Shown here: positions 1 through 7,961 of the stretch, piece by piece
How the letters are laid out: each line of letters opens with the position of its first letter
Position numbering within the stretch: position 1 is the stretch's first letter
NCBI GenBank assembly: GCA_024637155.1
Contig: JAGXFR010000060.1
Location: 2,464-66,463, forward strand
Direction of reading: 5' to 3'
DNA: 64,000 bases
From: Burkholderiaceae bacterium
Lineage (GTDB): Bacteria > Pseudomonadota > Gammaproteobacteria > Burkholderiales > Burkholderiaceae_E
Made by a program: the position numbers and the translations under genes
The notes under the pieces: generated by a model
Databases searched by the model: none
The model's input: the letters and a program-made list of their open reading frames with translations, nothing else
Told to the model about the DNA's origin: nothing

Positions 1-81
1 AATATGGTTTCTCCACGACCAAGTTTGGATTTCCCGCCACTACGCTTCGGCCGACCACTTCCGCGTCTCAGCGGCGTCGCG

Positions 82-918
82 CTACTCGCCGTCCGCCCAA
101 TAGCCGGGACGTCCATAGTGTTCGTGGATGCCCGTTTCCTGCTTTCGATCCAGCTGCGCCGCTGAGTCATACGGCGGCGCGTCTTTCACTGCTTGGCGAG
201 TCAGATTGACCGAGACCGTGGCGTCGGACCAGCTCACGTCCTGGATCCATTGCGGCGCGATGAGCACCTTGTGACCGAGCCACCAGTTGCTGGTGTCCAC
301 GATGAGGTATCGAATGGCCCAGGTCTCCTCCTCGACGAGCAGGCCCTGTACGTGACCGATGTCGCCATCGGTCGCCTGGATGTGATAGCCCTCTACCGCT
401 TTGCAGCTGCGCAGGTGGGGGTCTTCATTCTCGTGCCGCGCCGCTTCAGCGCGCACGTAAGCCTTCTGCACCTCAGACTGCGCCGCAGGCGGTGTCGATG
501 CGAAACCGACGTCTCCCGGCATCATTATGTTCGGATACAGTCCACCGCCCCAGAGCCCGGCACCACCCCAGTAGTAGGGATAGCCGTAGTACCCGAGGTA
601 GCGTATTTCATGCTGTCGCGAGACCGGCTTTTGGGTGTCAATTTCGGGGCTGTTCTTCACCTGCTCTTTCGTGATTGAGACGGGCAGTATCTTTTCCGTC
701 CAGTTCGGGTGGTCGATCGCGATCGGCGAGATCAACACCCTTCGATCCAAAAGCCAGGTGCCGGTGTCGACAACGAGATAGCGGATAACCCACATTTCGT
801 CATCGAAATAGAAATCCTTCACGTGGCCAATGGTGCCGTCGGTCGCGCGGATGGCGTAGTCCTCCAGATCGTTCATGGTGCGTAACATATGTCTTTCTCC
901 TTCGAGAGTATCGAACAA
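82..918 (-). CDS. PRC-barrel domain protein (two tandem PRC-barrel-like halves)
   Basis: 278-aa ORF with a visible internal duplication (DGTIGHVKDFYFDDEMWVIRYLVVDTGTW vs DGDIGHVQGLLVEEETWAIRYLIVDTSNW), as in PRC-barrel stress proteins. The true start may be the Met at 888 or 876. Confidence 0.7.
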   Translation of the reverse strand: MFDTLEGERHMLRTMNDLEDYAIRATDGTIGHVKDFYFDDEMWVIRYLVVDTGTWLLDRRVLISPIAIDHPNWTEKILPVSITKEQVKNSPEIDTQKPVSRQHEIRYLGYYGYPYYWGGAGLWGGGLYPNIMMPGDVGFASTPPAAQSEVQKAYVRAEAARHENEDPHLRSCKAVEGYHIQATDGDIGHVQGLLVEEETWAIRYLIVDTSNWWLGHKVLIAPQWIQDVSWSDATVSVNLTRQAVKDAPPYDSAAQLDRKQETGIHEHYGRPGYWADGE

Positions 919-1375
919 CGGGCAATCGACGAATTGAACAGTAAAGAAGCGCGATCGGTCGCCGCAAGGTCTCGACTATGCGTTCTGACGCCACGTGTGC
1001 ATGGACGACGAAACGATAAGGCAAAACCTCCATGACTGGTGTCGGGTATTCTTGACTATCGGCCGCGCAATCGAGACCTCGTTTTCAACGAATCCGTTCG
1101 GATGTCGTCGGCTTCTCGCCTCTATCCCGCTTGGTAAACAGGGTACAAGCGGCGACCACCTCAGTCTGTTCGGTGGACAACGTAGAGTGATCCGCCCGCC
1201 GGCTCGGCTGCCCGGTGGGCGCAGATTGCCGGAGCGCAGGCGCGGCGCGCTGCCTTGTGCTCGCGGGCATCACAACCCAGCGGTTCTTACCAGACAACCC
1301 TGCCAATCGCCGTTGAAGCGAAGCCGCCAGCTGACACGCTATAAGCCGGTGACCTGCCCATTTCTCAAAATTCCT

Positions 1376-1425
1376 TGGCTCCCCGACCCGGGATCGAACC
1401 TGGAACTTGCGGATAATCAGTGACG
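1376..1425 (-). pseudogene. Degenerate 3' fragment of a tRNA-Asn gene (att-like scar), not a functional tRNA
   Basis: Reverse complement reads CTGATTA-TCCGC-AAGTT-CCAGG-TTCGATC-CCGGG-TCGGGGA-G-CCA. These are an anticodon-loop remnant, the 3' anticodon stem, the variable loop, a T arm with canonical TTCGATC loop (one stem mismatch), the acceptor 3' strand, the discriminator and CCA. The TCGGGGAGCCA end matches betaproteobacterial tRNA-Asn as I remember it. There is no D arm or matching 5' acceptor strand upstream. Confidence 0.6.
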
Positions 1426-3819
1426 CCGCAGCGAGCCAAGAGCGATGAATTGTTCTGTGGAGTAGGCTTGGGAGCCATGAGTTTGGGCAATACGGCAGAA
1501 TTCGATTCACCAGATGAGCCCGTTCTTCCAAGGGAACTCAATTTGAGAACCATCGATCAAATCGCACAACCAACCACAGGAACGTCAACCGATCTGGTCC
1601 TGGCCACCGACCTTGACGGCACGCTGCTGGCCGGTACGCGGGCAGCAAGACGGCGCATCCGTGATCTGTTCAGTGGCGGTCTGGCCGGAGCCCGATTGGT
1701 CTACGTCACCGGTCGTGGGTTGGAGTCGATTATTCCCCTGCTGAGTGATTCCACACTGCCGCAACCCGACTACATCATTGCCGATGTGGGCGCCACGGTG
1801 GTGTATGGTGACTTGCGGCCGGTTGATCCCCTCTACCATGAGATTGCCGCGCGCTGGCCAGGCACACAAGCCGTATTGCGACAGCTCGCGGGGTTTCCCT
1901 TGTTGCAGCGCCAAACCGTGCCACAGGAGCGACGTTGCTCATTCTTTGTCGGTGAAGGTGGTATTTCCACCGAACTGCGTGCAGCGGTTGATGCGCTCGA
2001 CTGCGAACTGCTGTTCTCGGCCGGGCGCTATCTCGATGTCTTGCCGCGTGGGGTAAACAAGGGAGCGACACTGCGCCAGCTCGCCGCAGCACAAGGGTTT
2101 GACCTGGAAGCAATCATCGTCGCAGGAGATACCCTGAACGACCTCTCCATGTACACCACCGGCTTCAAAGGCATTGTGGTCGGCGGCGCCGAGCCGGCGC
2201 TGATCCATCAGGTGGGCAAGATGGCACGCGTGTACATCGCCAAGGATGAAGGTTGCGGCGGCATTCTGGCGGGACTCGCTCACCACGGAACGCAGGTTGA
2301 GAGCACACCCAAAGCCCAGCGCAGCATGGACGAGCGCGGCGATGCCGACTTGGTCATGGTCTACCATCGCCCACCATTCGACGAGGTCGTGAAAGACGGC
2401 GTGATGAAGATGAAACGGCCGAAGAGTCCGAACGGCATCATCCCGACGCTGCTGGGATTTTTTGCCGGCGGGCGCAAAGGCTCATGGGTGGCTTGGTCGA
2501 TGCAGGACAGCCGCACGCCCGAAGACTTCGTCCGGCACGTGCCGGTGGACGCCAAGCGCTATCCCAACCTGAAGGTGGCGCGCATTGCGCTGACTCCGGA
2601 TGACGTCGACATTTTTTACAAGAAATTTTCCAAAGAGGCGTTTTGGCCGATCATCTTTTCGTTCCCCGACAAGGCCGAGTTCAACGAGGCGCATTGGGAA
2701 CGTTTCCTTGAGGTCAACCGGATTTTTGCAGAACAAACGGCGTGTGAGGCGGCCGAAGGGGCGGTGGTCTGGATCCATGACTACAACCTGTGGATGGTGC
2801 CTGCGTACCTGCGCCCACTGCGGCCCGACTTGCGCATCGCGTTTTTTCATCACACGGCATTTCCGTCGAGTGACATTTTCAACATCCTGCCGTGGTACCG
2901 GAAAATCATTGGCAGCCTGCTGCAATGCGACTACATCGGGTTTCACATTCCGCGCTATGTCGAAAATTTTGTCGATGCGGTGCGCTCCTACACCCCTGTG
3001 GAAGTGCTTGAATCGGTGCCTTGCGCGCCGCGTTTCATCACCTATGGCTGTGCGCTGGGGACCTACTCCGTCACTTTGGGCATGGACGTGGGCGGCCACC
3101 GCGTGAGCTTGGGTGCACACCCAGTCGGCATCGACGTGAGCTTGGTCGAGCAAGTTGCCAAAAAGCCGGCAGTGCAAGAGAAGATTGCCCGCATCCAGGC
3201 GCTCCTGCGCGGTGCCAAAGGCATTCTCTCGGTTGAGCGGCTGGACTATGTCAAGGGCTCGCTCGAAAAGCTACAAGCCTTTGAGCGGCTGCTGGAAGAT
3301 CATCCGGAACTGATTGGTCACGTGACCTTGATCTACATCGTCACGCCCGCCGCGCCCGGTATGGAAATCTACGACGCCTTGCGCATTGAGGTGGATCGGA
3401 CCGTTGGGCGCATCAACGGCCGCTTCTCGACCCTGGAGCGGACACCGGTGCGCTACTCGTACCGATCCCTGCCCTTTGAAGATGTGGTGGCGCATTACGC
3501 AGCTTGCGAAGTGGCCTGGATCACGCCGCTGCGTGACGGCCTGAACCTGGTCGCCAAGGAATTTGTTGCAGCCAAGCAAGCTACCAACACAAGTGGCGTA
3601 CTGGTGCTCTCGGAGTTCGCGGGTGCCGCGGTCGAAATGCACGGTGCGCTGCTGACCAATCCCTACGACGCGAACTCGATGTCCAAGGTGTTGCACCAGG
3701 CACTGACCATGGGTGCGGATGAGATGGCGTATCGATGCCAGCGCATGGCAGCCATCGTCACCGATAACGATGTGGTGCGCTGGGGTGATGAATTTATGCA
3801 TGCAGTCCAAGCCGCGTAA
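1420..3819 (+). CDS. ggpPS: Fused glucosylglycerol-phosphate phosphatase (HAD, N-terminal) / glucosylglycerol-phosphate synthase (GT20, C-terminal), GgpPS-like
   Basis: N-terminal HAD-IIB motifs: LATDLDGTLL, YVTGRGL, DVLPRGVNKGATL, AGDTLNDLSM. The C-terminal ~500 aa closely track my recollection of cyanobacterial GgpS (VYHRPPFDEV, KSPNGIIPTL, WIHDYNLWMVPAYLR, FFHHTAFPSSDIFNILPW, GFHIPRYVENFV, ITPLRDGLNLVAKEF) rather than OtsA (HDYHL). The start is uncertain: the GTG at 1420 overlaps the tRNA scar, and the ATG at 1477 is an alternative. Confidence 0.75.
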   Translation: MTPQRAKSDELFCGVGLGAMSLGNTAEFDSPDEPVLPRELNLRTIDQIAQPTTGTSTDLVLATDLDGTLLAGTRAARRRIRDLFSGGLAGARLVYVTGRGLESIIPLLSDSTLPQPDYIIADVGATVVYGDLRPVDPLYHEIAARWPGTQAVLRQLAGFPLLQRQTVPQERRCSFFVGEGGISTELRAAVDALDCELLFSAGRYLDVLPRGVNKGATLRQLAAAQGFDLEAIIVAGDTLNDLSMYTTGFKGIVVGGAEPALIHQVGKMARVYIAKDEGCGGILAGLAHHGTQVESTPKAQRSMDERGDADLVMVYHRPPFDEVVKDGVMKMKRPKSPNGIIPTLLGFFAGGRKGSWVAWSMQDSRTPEDFVRHVPVDAKRYPNLKVARIALTPDDVDIFYKKFSKEAFWPIIFSFPDKAEFNEAHWERFLEVNRIFAEQTACEAAEGAVVWIHDYNLWMVPAYLRPLRPDLRIAFFHHTAFPSSDIFNILPWYRKIIGSLLQCDYIGFHIPRYVENFVDAVRSYTPVEVLESVPCAPRFITYGCALGTYSVTLGMDVGGHRVSLGAHPVGIDVSLVEQVAKKPAVQEKIARIQALLRGAKGILSVERLDYVKGSLEKLQAFERLLEDHPELIGHVTLIYIVTPAAPGMEIYDALRIEVDRTVGRINGRFSTLERTPVRYSYRSLPFEDVVAHYAACEVAWITPLRDGLNLVAKEFVAAKQATNTSGVLVLSEFAGAAVEMHGALLTNPYDANSMSKVLHQALTMGADEMAYRCQRMAAIVTDNDVVRWGDEFMHAVQAA

Positions 3820-3886
3820 TCCAGTTTCTGGCTTCAGGGCTAATTTATTGAGAAAGGGAGTCTTATGTTTCGTTTGAAGGGCCTTC

Positions 3887-4801
3887 GTGGCAGGTGAGCG
3901 CCCATTGGATCCAGCAGCAGGCGCAGCGCCTTTGACTGATCTTGTCGTGGTCGGTATGGCTTACTTTGAAGTCTTTGTCCCGCCCCACGTGCGCCCGGCA
4001 CCGGGGCAGGAGTTGTTTGTCGATGGCATTGAACTGGGCCTGGGCGGCGCACTCAACACGGCAACGGTCGCCGCCGCGCTCGGCTTGCAAGTGACGCTTT
4101 GCATCCCGATGGGGCACGGCATCGTGGATCAGGCCGTGGCATTGCTGGCCCAGCGGCTGGGCATCACACTGGTGCCGCTGGCCGCCCCTGACAATCCCGC
4201 CGTCTCGCTGGTCTTCTCAGACGCTCTGGATCGTGCGTTCGTGAGTTCGGCTCGGCTTGATGTGCTGGCCCAGGTCAAGCGCCTACCGAAAGCGGCGTGG
4301 GTGCATGTGCCAGGTCTGGAAGAAGCCAGCCGCCTGGAAGAGCCGCTCACTCAAGCGCGACAAGACGGTGCGCGCATATCGGTCAGCGCCAGCTGGAGCC
4401 CGCACCAGCTCAGTCGGCTCGCCGGGCGCAAGGGCCAAGCCTGGGATTTGCTGGTTCTCAACGAGAAAGAGGCGCTGGCTGCGTGCGGCAATGTCGCGGC
4501 CGCACCGCAGCACCTGGCGCAAGCAGCGCACTCGGTGCTGGTCACACTCGGTGCCAATGGGGCTTTCGGCATGCTGAACGCGGCGCCGGTGCGCGTGCCC
4601 GCCGTACCTGTGAAAGTGCTCGACCCCACCGGTGCCGGAGACGCATTTTGCGCCGGTGTGATCGCCGGCTTCGTGCGCGGCCTGGCAGACGAAGCCGTGG
4701 TGCAACTCGGTGCCAGCGCCGCGGAAAAGATACTGAACCAAATCGGCGGGCTGGTCACAGACCCCGGTCTGATGAGTGATTTGGCCAAGGAAGGCCTGTG
4801 A
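3887..4801 (+). CDS. PfkB-family carbohydrate kinase
   Basis: 304 aa with the ribokinase-like C-terminal motif DPTGAGDAFCAGVIAG and the N-terminal beta-strand LVVVGMAYFEVFV. GTG start. Substrate unknown. Confidence 0.75.
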   Translation: MAGERPLDPAAGAAPLTDLVVVGMAYFEVFVPPHVRPAPGQELFVDGIELGLGGALNTATVAAALGLQVTLCIPMGHGIVDQAVALLAQRLGITLVPLAAPDNPAVSLVFSDALDRAFVSSARLDVLAQVKRLPKAAWVHVPGLEEASRLEEPLTQARQDGARISVSASWSPHQLSRLAGRKGQAWDLLVLNEKEALAACGNVAAAPQHLAQAAHSVLVTLGANGAFGMLNAAPVRVPAVPVKVLDPTGAGDAFCAGVIAGFVRGLADEAVVQLGASAAEKILNQIGGLVTDPGLMSDLAKEGL

Positions 4802-6072
4802 AAACCCTGACGATTCTGGGGGGCGGCAGCGCCTACACCCCTGGTTTGCTGCAAGCCCTGATTGCACATGCCGCCGAGCTCCCGCTCGACACCGTGCGCT
4901 TGTACGACACCGATGCCAGCCACCTGGCCATCGTTGCACGGCTGAGCGCGGCCATGGCGAGAAGCGCAGGTGTCTTCAAGGTAGAAGCGGTCAACACGCT
5001 GGAGGCGGCGATTGAGGGGGCTGATCTGGTTCTGAATTCAACCCGGCCGGGCGGTTTGGCAGCGCGCCGAATCGATGAAACCCTGCCACTGGAATTCGGC
5101 ATTCCGGGCCAGGAAACGGTGGGGCCAGGTGGTTTCTTTTTTGCGTTGCGTTCAGTGCCGGAGGCTTTGCGGGTAGCTGTCGCGATGCAGGAACTGGCGC
5201 CCCAGGCCACGCTACTGAACTACACCAACCCGAGCAACATCGTCACCCAGGCCCTGGTCAATCAGGGTGGCGTGAACGTCATTGGACTGTGTGACCAATC
5301 CGACGAAGATCTGCAGGCCATCTGCCATGCGCTGGGCCGCGCCGAGCGCTATGCGTTTCGCTGCAACGGTCTCAATCACGCAACCTGGTACAGCGATATC
5401 TGGATCGACAGTGCGCCGCTGACCGAACTCACAGAGTCCCTGGTGGCGCCTGATGAATTCGACGAGGAGCACCAGCTGCGCTTTGCATTCTCGCTGGCGA
5501 TGGCCCGGGAATCTCCAGGCTACTGGCCCAACTCCTACTTGCCTTACTATCTTTTCCCGGATGCCTTTGTCGCCCAAGCACGCCGCGTCGGGCCGCGTAG
5601 CGATGTGGTGGCAGCGTCGCTCGACAAATATTATGCGCACTTCGAGGCGGAAGGAAAGAAGGCGACGCCGCAGTTGCGTTTCTTCCGCGGCTCGGCCGGT
5701 TTCGGCGACCTGGCCGTGACGGTCATTCGGGCGCTGGCATCCGACACCCCGCACGAACTGGTGCTCAACCTGCCCAATCATGGCGCTACATCTGCGTTCG
5801 CAGCGGACACGGTCATTGAGACGCGCGTACGGGTATCGCGCGCCGGGATCGAGCGCATGACCGTGCCGGCGTTGCCCGCGGCCTTCATGGATCTGGCTAC
5901 CCAGCTCGAGCACTACCAAAGGCTCACTGCACGTGCCGCTGCTGGCGGCAAACGCGAGGCGCTGGTCGCCGCGCTCGCCGCCAACCCGCTCGTAGGCCAG
6001 GCCTCGGTGGCGGAGCGCATGCTGGAGCGGGCTCTGGTCACCTACGGCACCTTCTTGCCGGCCCGCGCATGA
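4798..6072 (+). CDS. Glycoside hydrolase family 4 (NAD+/Mn2+-dependent, 6-phospho-glycosidase-like)
   Basis: 424 aa with the N-terminal Rossmann motif MKTLTILGGGSAYTPGLL plus GQETVGPGG, NYTNPSNIV and IGLCD motifs typical of GH4. The GTG start overlaps the kinase stop by 4 nt. Confidence 0.75.
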   Translation: MKTLTILGGGSAYTPGLLQALIAHAAELPLDTVRLYDTDASHLAIVARLSAAMARSAGVFKVEAVNTLEAAIEGADLVLNSTRPGGLAARRIDETLPLEFGIPGQETVGPGGFFFALRSVPEALRVAVAMQELAPQATLLNYTNPSNIVTQALVNQGGVNVIGLCDQSDEDLQAICHALGRAERYAFRCNGLNHATWYSDIWIDSAPLTELTESLVAPDEFDEEHQLRFAFSLAMARESPGYWPNSYLPYYLFPDAFVAQARRVGPRSDVVAASLDKYYAHFEAEGKKATPQLRFFRGSAGFGDLAVTVIRALASDTPHELVLNLPNHGATSAFAADTVIETRVRVSRAGIERMTVPALPAAFMDLATQLEHYQRLTARAAAGGKREALVAALAANPLVGQASVAERMLERALVTYGTFLPARA

Positions 6073-6923
6073 AGACACTGCCCTTGCTGGAGCGTTTCGA
6101 ATGGAACGACTTTGAACGAGTGGTGATCTTGTCGCCCCATCTGGACGACGCGGCCCTGAGTTGCGGCGGTTTGCTGCACGCCCTGCGTGACCGCGTCTCG
6201 ACCCTGGTGGTGAGTATCTGTTGCGGCAGTTTGCGCGTTGTCAACGCGGATGGCAGTACCAAGCTCTCCAGCCGCAGGGGCCATGTGAGCTCGCGCACCC
6301 GCCGGCGCGAAGACATTGCCGCGATGCACTCGGTTGACACCGCCTTCGTCCACCTCAGTTTCGCCGATGGCATTTACCGCAGAAGCCCCTTGACCGGCCG
6401 ATTGATCTACCGCTACGCACGCGAGCGCTGGATCGCACCCCGCATCGACGACCTGGCACACATTGAGGAGTTGTACCTGGTGTTGCGCCGCTTGTGTCTG
6501 GATCTCGGACGCCTTCTCTTGCTCAGTCCGATGGGTATCGGACTTCACGTCGATCACCAGATTGCCGCGCAGGTGGCGGTGCGAATGGCCGCCACCAATG
6601 CCGGCGCGGAGCTGCTGTTCTACGAAGACTTCCCGTACGTGGCCGATCCGCACGTCGGGGGTGGCGATCAAGATGATCCACCGAAGGCGCTCGCCCGTCT
6701 GCACCTGTCGCCCACACAGCGTTTGGTGATGCCGGTCGACGTCGACGCCAAGATGACGCTGTTGCGCCATTACGCCACCCAGGTTCCGCCCTTGTTTGGC
6801 GACGACAGCGGCATGCGTGCGCGCATCGCCAACCATTCTCATGACGGCGTGCCCAGTGAGTTCTACTGGCAGGCGCTGCCGTTGCACCCCTATACACCGA
6901 AGGACAATTCACATGTCGAATAG
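6069..6923 (+). CDS. PIG-L / LmbE-family N-acetylglucosaminyl deacetylase-like protein
   Basis: 284 aa with the metal-site motifs VVILSPHLDDAALSCGG and HVDHQIAA. The ATG overlaps the upstream TGA (ATGA). Confidence 0.7.
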   Translation: MKTLPLLERFEWNDFERVVILSPHLDDAALSCGGLLHALRDRVSTLVVSICCGSLRVVNADGSTKLSSRRGHVSSRTRRREDIAAMHSVDTAFVHLSFADGIYRRSPLTGRLIYRYARERWIAPRIDDLAHIEELYLVLRRLCLDLGRLLLLSPMGIGLHVDHQIAAQVAVRMAATNAGAELLFYEDFPYVADPHVGGGDQDDPPKALARLHLSPTQRLVMPVDVDAKMTLLRHYATQVPPLFGDDSGMRARIANHSHDGVPSEFYWQALPLHPYTPKDNSHVE

Positions 6924-7926
6924 CATCATGGCCAAGGAAGCCCGCCAGGCACCTCAGGCGCTTCGCTCTGAGGCCACACGGTGGCAGCGCGAAGCCAACG
7001 CCGTTTGCCGTCTGGTGGCCGAGCGCCCGACCTCAGTGCTGCTGGGTCGGGGGAGTTCGGGCAACGTATGCACCTTCGCCTCCTACTTGTTTGCACTGCA
7101 ATCCGGGCGCCAACCAATTGAGTTCAGGCCTTGGCTGGCAACGCAGACGCTGCCCGAGGCCGACTGGCGCGATGCCGTCGCTTACGCGTTTTCCTATTCC
7201 GGCCAATCGACCGACATTGCCGCCGGCGCTGAGTGGCTGCGTGCGCGGGGTGCGCTGGTGGTGGCGATCACCGAGGCAGGGATTGCCGATACGCATCTGT
7301 TGAAACCTGCTCACCACGTCATTCGGCTGGGCTGTGGACCCGAGCTGGCGGTGCCCGCCACCAAGAGCGTAGTCGCGCAACTTTTTGTCGCCGCGGCCCT
7401 GGCGGGTTTCGACATCACGCAAGCCGCGGAGCAGACTGCCGCCTGCATGCTGCGCATCGATGCCGAAGGCGTTCCGACCAAGCTGGCCACGTTTCTGGCA
7501 GGCGCGCGCACCGTCGCCTGGCTGGCCCGTGGACCGTCCGTTGGCGGGGCGCTGGACGCGGCGCTCAAGCTACAAGAGAGTGTTGGCATTCCGGCCTTTG
7601 GCTACTCAACGGCCGAGTATCTGCACGGACCCATCGCCGCGGCCAACTCGGATGATCGGGTGGTGCTCTTCTCGGGCACAGGCGAACCCACCGACAGCAA
7701 ACAGGCGGTGACAACCACCTTGCTGGCGCGGGGAGTGCCGTTCATTTGTCTGGATTGCGAGCAGTCCCCCGCAGCCCAACTGCCGCTGCCGCTTCCCGAC
7801 GCGCGCTGGGCAGGCACTTCAGTTCTGGCCTACATCGCGCAATTGACTTGCACGGAACTCGCCGAGCGCTATGGCATCAATCCGGACGAGCACACAGCGC
7901 TGCGCAAGGTCACGCAAACTCACTGA
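6913..7926 (+). CDS. SIS-domain sugar-phosphate isomerase/deaminase (GlmS isomerase-domain-like, no glutaminase domain)
   Basis: I take the start as MSNSIMAKEARQAPQAL at 6913, 11 nt inside the upstream gene. It has two SIS-like halves (LLGRGSSGNV..SYSGQSTD and ARGPSVGGALDAALKLQE). Architecture resembles AgaS/FrlB/GlmD. Confidence 0.65.
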   Translation: MSNSIMAKEARQAPQALRSEATRWQREANAVCRLVAERPTSVLLGRGSSGNVCTFASYLFALQSGRQPIEFRPWLATQTLPEADWRDAVAYAFSYSGQSTDIAAGAEWLRARGALVVAITEAGIADTHLLKPAHHVIRLGCGPELAVPATKSVVAQLFVAAALAGFDITQAAEQTAACMLRIDAEGVPTKLATFLAGARTVAWLARGPSVGGALDAALKLQESVGIPAFGYSTAEYLHGPIAAANSDDRVVLFSGTGEPTDSKQAVTTTLLARGVPFICLDCEQSPAAQLPLPLPDARWAGTSVLAYIAQLTCTELAERYGINPDEHTALRKVTQTH

Positions 7927-7961
7927 GAGATACTCCAAAAAAAACAAGGAACCCGACCGCG

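Noticed and set aside
919-1375. Integrase or recombinase pseudogene expected next to the tRNA scar (ORFs 995..1423+ and 1085..1531-)
   Set aside because: Translations in the frames I checked show no tyrosine-recombinase motifs (no R..HxxR..Y pattern) and look like non-coding sequence. This cannot be excluded without a translated search.
1376-1475. Possible full-length (about 100-nt, long-variable-arm or Sec-like) tRNA on the minus strand, suggested by GGCTCCC at 1469-1475 pairing with GGGAGCC near the 3' end
   Set aside because: With that acceptor pairing the T arm no longer fits. There is no D arm and no conserved G18G19 or A14, and the would-be anticodon stem closes a 13-nt loop. Only the 3' half is tRNA-like, so I call it a fragment.
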